This document shows, in pieces, positions 60,005 through 64,000 of a stretch of 64,000 nucleotides of DNA. The stretch covers positions 2,798-66,797 of the forward strand of contig JAHJAM010000002.1 in NCBI GenBank assembly GCA_018814025.1, written 5' to 3'. The translations under genes were made by a program, and so were the position numbers. The notes below the pieces were generated by a model that did not search any database, was not told the origin of the DNA, and saw nothing but the letters and a program-made list of their open reading frames with translations. Origin of the DNA: Patescibacteria group bacterium (GTDB taxonomy: Bacteria; Patescibacteriota; Patescibacteriia; UBA9934; GWF2-40-263). The stretch's first letter is position 1. Every line of letters begins with the position of its first letter.

Positions 60005-61033
60005 ATGTTGAATCGTTTGGAAACAATCAAAGAGCTGTTCCCCAAGGCCCAGAATTTCCGTCTCAAGCAAATTGAGTGCGCGGTTTTTGATGCCGCAATT
60101 TCCGGCTGGGAAGAAGTGACCACTTTACCGCAAGCGGATCGCCAGCTATTGATCGAAAAAGTGCCGTGGGTTTCATATCGGGCCGCGGAGACTTTTGGGG
60201 ATATCGAAGACGATGTCATCAAAGCGCTTTTGACTTTGTCGGATGATGCCAAGATTGAAACCGTGCTGATGCGCAATCGGCGCGGGCACTGGAGCGTTTG
60301 CGTTTCCACACAAGTGGGCTGCGCCATGCGCTGCGTTTTTTGCGCCACGGGCAAGATGGGGTTGAAACGTAATTTAACTTCGGATGAGATTGTGGATCAG
60401 CTGCGGTTTTGGCAAAAGTATTTGCTGACAAATTTGGGTGATGAGGAACGGATTACTAACGTGGTGTACATGGGGATGGGCGAGCCAATGAATAATTATG
60501 AAGCCGTCAAAGATTCTTTAAACCGAATTTTGCTGAACACGGAAATCGGGGAAACGCGGATTACGGTTTCCACGGTTGGCGTGCTGCCGCGCCTGGATCA
60601 AATTTTGGATGATGAAGATTGGCCGCCGGTGCGTTTGGCTATTTCCTTGCACAGCGCGCAAAATGAGGTGCGGAAACAATTAATGCCGTCTTCTTATGAT
60701 GATTTTTTGCCTAAACTGGCAGATTGGGCTCGGCGCTATAATCAGAAATTCGGCAATCGCCGCCATCATTTAACTTTTGAATATATTATGTTGGCGGGCG
60801 TGAATGACAGTTCGCAAGCGGCCGAGGCTCTAGCGGATTATGTGCTTAAAATTGATAATGTGCGCGTTAACTTGATTCCATATAACGCCAGCGGCGCGGA
60901 TTATGAAGGCAGTTCCGAAGAAACTTTAGAGCGGTTCATGTCGGTCTTGGAACAGAGGGATGTAACCGTGACCGTGCGCCGGTCGCAAGGCCAGGAGATC
61001 GCCGCGGCCTGCGGACAATTAGCCGGAAAATAA
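60005..61033 (+). CDS. rlmN: 23S rRNA m2A2503 methyltransferase
   Basis: IETV, CxxxCxxC, MGMGEP, ISLH, AACGQL. Confidence 0.95.
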   Translation: MLNRLETIKELFPKAQNFRLKQIECAVFDAAISGWEEVTTLPQADRQLLIEKVPWVSYRAAETFGDIEDDVIKALLTLSDDAKIETVLMRNRRGHWSVCVSTQVGCAMRCVFCATGKMGLKRNLTSDEIVDQLRFWQKYLLTNLGDEERITNVVYMGMGEPMNNYEAVKDSLNRILLNTEIGETRITVSTVGVLPRLDQILDDEDWPPVRLAISLHSAQNEVRKQLMPSSYDDFLPKLADWARRYNQKFGNRRHHLTFEYIMLAGVNDSSQAAEALADYVLKIDNVRVNLIPYNASGADYEGSSEETLERFMSVLEQRDVTVTVRRSQGQEIAAACGQLAGK

Positions 61034-61050
61034 AAATCAGCCTTATAATT

Positions 61051-61144
61051 CGTCATTGTGAGGAAGGAGTTTCAATCGACTGACGAAGCAATTTTGAATG
61101 ACTTGAGATTGCTTCGCTCGATAAATTACTCGCTCGCCATGACG
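61051..61144. repeat. Second copy of the RPE-like palindromic element
   Basis: CGTCATTGTGAGG...TCGACTGACGAAGCAAT...GAGATTGCTTCGCT...CTCGCCATGACG. Confidence 0.8.
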
Positions 61145-61602
61145 AAGAATTTCTGGGGCTGATTGTATATTTGAGTAAAATCACTGACGATTTGCGGTTT
61201 CATACCCAGGATTTCTTCCCGATAATCCAGATCCGGGATCTCGAACATCAGATAAATCGGCTTTTGCAAATGGCAGGCCAGGCCCATTTCCATGAGTGTG
61301 TTGGCGCCGATGTAGCCTTTGATGCCTCTTTTTTCGTAATTGGTCACGACGATTATGTCTGACCAAATCACTTTGTCGAAATGAGCGCGCATGGAGCGTT
61401 CTTTTTGGTCCCAAACCCAAGCGGCATCATCGCCGGATTCTTTTCGAAGTTTATAATAATCCGCCACGGCCATGGGCCGGCCGTCCGGTCCAGGGATTTC
61501 GTGCGGTGGCAGGCGAACTTCGTGGCCCAGCTCTTCGAGTTGTTTTTGCGCGGCCAGCATTTCATTGTAAAAAGCAATGCTGCCGCAAAGCGTGATTTTC
61601 AT
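61126..61602 (-). CDS. Hypothetical protein (nucleoside deoxyribosyltransferase-like fold)
   Basis: MKITLCGS, SDIIVVTN, GYIGANTLMEMGLA. Confidence 0.7.
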   Translation of the reverse strand: MKITLCGSIAFYNEMLAAQKQLEELGHEVRLPPHEIPGPDGRPMAVADYYKLRKESGDDAAWVWDQKERSMRAHFDKVIWSDIIVVTNYEKRGIKGYIGANTLMEMGLACHLQKPIYLMFEIPDLDYREEILGMKPQIVSDFTQIYNQPQKFFVMASE

Positions 61603-61633
61603 AGGAAAGTAGGTAGGGAAGAAGTAGGTAGGG

Positions 61634-62227
61634 TTAGAGGGGGTTTGAGATTAAATTATAGTGTTCCGGATTATTTCGATATAAGTATTCCATGACTTTG
61701 CCTCGGACAGGGTCGTTGTTAATACCAACTGATTCTGCATATTTGACGATTTGTTCGGAGGCAGCTTCGACTTCTTTTTGAGTTTCAACCATTAACTCGA
61801 TTTCAACTACATGATAACCGTAGTCGATTGTGTCGATACTGATGACATAATCATCTTTTTGATACATTTTTCTCTCTGTTTTTAGAGTAACAAACGGTTC
61901 GTAGCCAGCCATGGCAATATCATCAGCTATGTTTCCGGTGTTACCAAGATGCAGCTCCTCACGAATTTCGTCATCAGTTTCCAATTCTTTAAACTCGGTA
62001 GTGTTCCAATCTGGACGGCCAAGCTCGTTGAGCTTTTTGCTGACATTCACCTTGAGTTCGAAGCGGTCATTGCGCTGGCGCAGCCAAAGTCCGTTGGCGG
62101 TTAAGTCGTATTGCTCATTATCAAAATACGTATCAGTGTTGGTGACTTCTTTGACGAACTGCGCGCCCGCGATAAGCTTCGCTTCTTCTTCCGGGCTGAG
62201 TTGAAATTTTTTTTCAACCTCAATCAT
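61634..62227 (-). CDS. CYTH domain protein
   Basis: IEVEKKF, DTYFD, WLRQR, VEIE. Confidence 0.9.
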   Translation of the reverse strand: MIEVEKKFQLSPEEEAKLIAGAQFVKEVTNTDTYFDNEQYDLTANGLWLRQRNDRFELKVNVSKKLNELGRPDWNTTEFKELETDDEIREELHLGNTGNIADDIAMAGYEPFVTLKTERKMYQKDDYVISIDTIDYGYHVVEIELMVETQKEVEAASEQIVKYAESVGINNDPVRGKVMEYLYRNNPEHYNLISNPL

Positions 62228-62229
62228 AG

Positions 62230-62619
62230 TTATGAAAAATTGACGATGATGGTGCGTTCTTTCGGGCCGTAGAACTCAACCAGAATGATGCGCTGATATG
62301 GCCCAAGAAGCATTTCATTGTTTTCGCAAGGAATTGCGATTGAGGTGCCAAGCAGCGAGCTCATGATGTGGTCGCCTACATGGCTGGGATCATGAGGGTG
62401 GCGATACTTAAGTTTCGGCACCATGGCTTCGTAAGCATCGAGCAGGTCTTGATCAGTGCCCGGGTCCAGATCGGCCGTGGTTAAAGCGGCCGAGGTGTGG
62501 GGGAGAAATACATGGACGAGATTGAAGCCGTTGGCGTGCTGTTTAACTAAATCTTCGATTTGCGGGGTGAGATCTACGACTTCGTTCTCTGTTTTGGTGC
62601 TGATGACCAATTTATTCAT
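62230..62619 (-). CDS. yjbQ: YjbQ/UPF0047 family protein
   Basis: HTSAAL, HIMSSLLG, LG.YQRI.LVEF.GP..R. Confidence 0.9.
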   Translation of the reverse strand: MNKLVISTKTENEVVDLTPQIEDLVKQHANGFNLVHVFLPHTSAALTTADLDPGTDQDLLDAYEAMVPKLKYRHPHDPSHVGDHIMSSLLGTSIAIPCENNEMLLGPYQRIILVEFYGPKERTIIVNFS

Positions 62620-62718
62620 ATAAGTTTATTTTAATTTCATCCCCAGCATATCTTTTTGCGGGCGGACAAGCAAGAGGAGAAGTGCTATAATATTGGTAAT
62701 TATTTTATTGAAGGCAAT

Positions 62719-63756
62719 ATGTTAATCGACACAGTTTTAGAAACAGCCGTGAAGCACCGAGCTTCAGACATCCACTTTGCGGTCGGCTTGAAACCGTTCA
62801 TCCGCGTGGACGGCCAGCTTTTTGAATTAAAAAAGGAATCGCCGGTGACTAATAAAATCATCAGTGATTTCATCAACTCAGTTTTAACCAAGGAGCAACT
62901 GGCGATCATGGAAGAGCGCAAGGGCATGGATTTTGTTTATGCGGCCGCGGATAGTGTGCGCATCCGCGTCAACGTGCATTTTGAAAAAGGCAATTTGGGT
63001 TTGGTGGGGCGGATTATTCCGGCCACGATTCCAACCATGGAAGATATCGATTGTCCGGATATTCTTTACGAATTTATTAAACAAGAGTCAGGTTTGATTT
63101 TAGTGACCGGGCCGGCCGGTTCAGGCAAATCCACCACTTTGGCGGCCATGATCAGGAAGATTAATGAAGAGCGCTCCGCCAACATTATCACCTTGGAAGA
63201 CCCGATCGAGTATTTGCATACGCCCAAGAATTCGATTATCAAACAGCGCGAGCTGGGCGTGGATATGATTTCGTTCGAAGAGGCTTTGCGCCAAGCTTTG
63301 CGCGAGGATCCGAACGTGGTGATGGTGGGAGAAATGCGGGATTTGGAAACTATTTCCACGACCGTGACCGTGGCCGAAACCGGACACTTGGTGCTGGCCA
63401 CCTTGCATACGCACAACGCGCCGCAGGCCATTGACCGCATCATCGATATGTTTCCACCTTCCCAACAAGGACAGATTAAAATGCAGTTGTCTTTGTCTTT
63501 GAAGTGCGTGGTCTCGCAGAAGCTGGTGCCGCGCGAGGGCGGGGGACGCGTGGCCATTCGAGAGGTGATGGTGAATTCGCCGGCCGTGGCCAACTTGATC
63601 CGTTTGGGCAAAGTCGAGCAGATCGCCAGCGTGATTGAAACCGGTTCCCAGCAAGGCATGATGAGCTATAAGTTCGCGTTCCGCGAGGCCGAGAAAAAAG
63701 GCTGGGTTTCCAAAGCCACCGCGAAGTTTTATACCGAGAATCCGTTTTCCGCGTAA
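62719..63756 (+). CDS. pilT: Type IV pilus retraction ATPase
   Basis: ASDIH, VTGPAGSGKSTT, EDPIE, ALREDP, GHLVLATLHT, ANLIR. Confidence 0.93.
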   Translation: MLIDTVLETAVKHRASDIHFAVGLKPFIRVDGQLFELKKESPVTNKIISDFINSVLTKEQLAIMEERKGMDFVYAAADSVRIRVNVHFEKGNLGLVGRIIPATIPTMEDIDCPDILYEFIKQESGLILVTGPAGSGKSTTLAAMIRKINEERSANIITLEDPIEYLHTPKNSIIKQRELGVDMISFEEALRQALREDPNVVMVGEMRDLETISTTVTVAETGHLVLATLHTHNAPQAIDRIIDMFPPSQQGQIKMQLSLSLKCVVSQKLVPREGGGRVAIREVMVNSPAVANLIRLGKVEQIASVIETGSQQGMMSYKFAFREAEKKGWVSKATAKFYTENPFSA

Positions 63757-63806
63757 GCAAACAGCCCCGCTCGCGGGGCTGTTTTTGTGATTGGATGATT
63801 AGACTT

Positions 63807-64000
63807 TTAAAAGCGGAAGAGAAAAGTTCCCAGGTAGTCCGTGATCAGATTTTCCAGAGGCACTAAAAGCCGCTGGCTCCGCAATTCTTGGCCTTTTTGA
63901 CTCCACTCGTCAAGCCCGCGGTATTCCATTTCCAGAATATAGTCATCCAGCACCTGGGTTTGCGCGCTTAGGTCCGGCAATGAACCGGCATAACGGGCGG
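63807..64000 (-). CDS. 3' end of a CDS truncated by the window edge
   Basis: Open frame ...QVLDDYILEMEYRGLDEWSQKG...FLFRF* ending before the terminator at 63758-63786. Confidence 0.55.
   Translation of the reverse strand, partial: ARYAGSLPDLSAQTQVLDDYILEMEYRGLDEWSQKGQELRSQRLLVPLENLITDYLGTFLFRF

Overview
A gene-dense 64 kb chromosomal segment of a small-genome bacterium. Gene content and style (short uvrC, TraD/HerA-like ATPase beside dnaX, type IV pilus genes, ECF sigma/anti-sigma pairs, mostly SD-less AT-rich starts) suggest Patescibacteria/CPR (Parcubacteria-like); this assignment is inferred. Housekeeping genes include ftsX, uvrB/A/C, mraZ-rsmH-ftsL, cysS, dnaX, dusB, lepA, recJ, rnhA, pilM/pilin/pilD, ligA, gatCA, lgt, msrBA, dnaG, rpoD, rlmN and pilT, plus three tRNAs (Gln-TTG, Gln-CTG, Ser-GGA). 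I saw no transposase, integrase, reverse transcriptase, prophage or CRISPR array. The most notable unexplained structure: (1) two free-standing, highly structured candidate ncRNAs bounded by promoter and terminator (about 48242-48506 and 58896-59085); (2) a stand-alone wHTH/Cas2(PaaX)-like gene flanked by a 34-bp CGATCG-centred palindrome that recurs 16 kb away with compensatory changes and in degenerate form at the msrBA promoter; (3) a four-helix-bundle gene enclosed in inverted repeats whose GTAGGTAGGG core is dispersed as a 15-bp-period dimer, including in-frame inside proteins; (4) two proteins built only from 'integrase repeat' units inserted between uvrA and uvrC; (5) a two-state inverted-repeat leader in front of a pilin; (6) orphan genes with strong Shine-Dalgarno sites, unlike the core genes.
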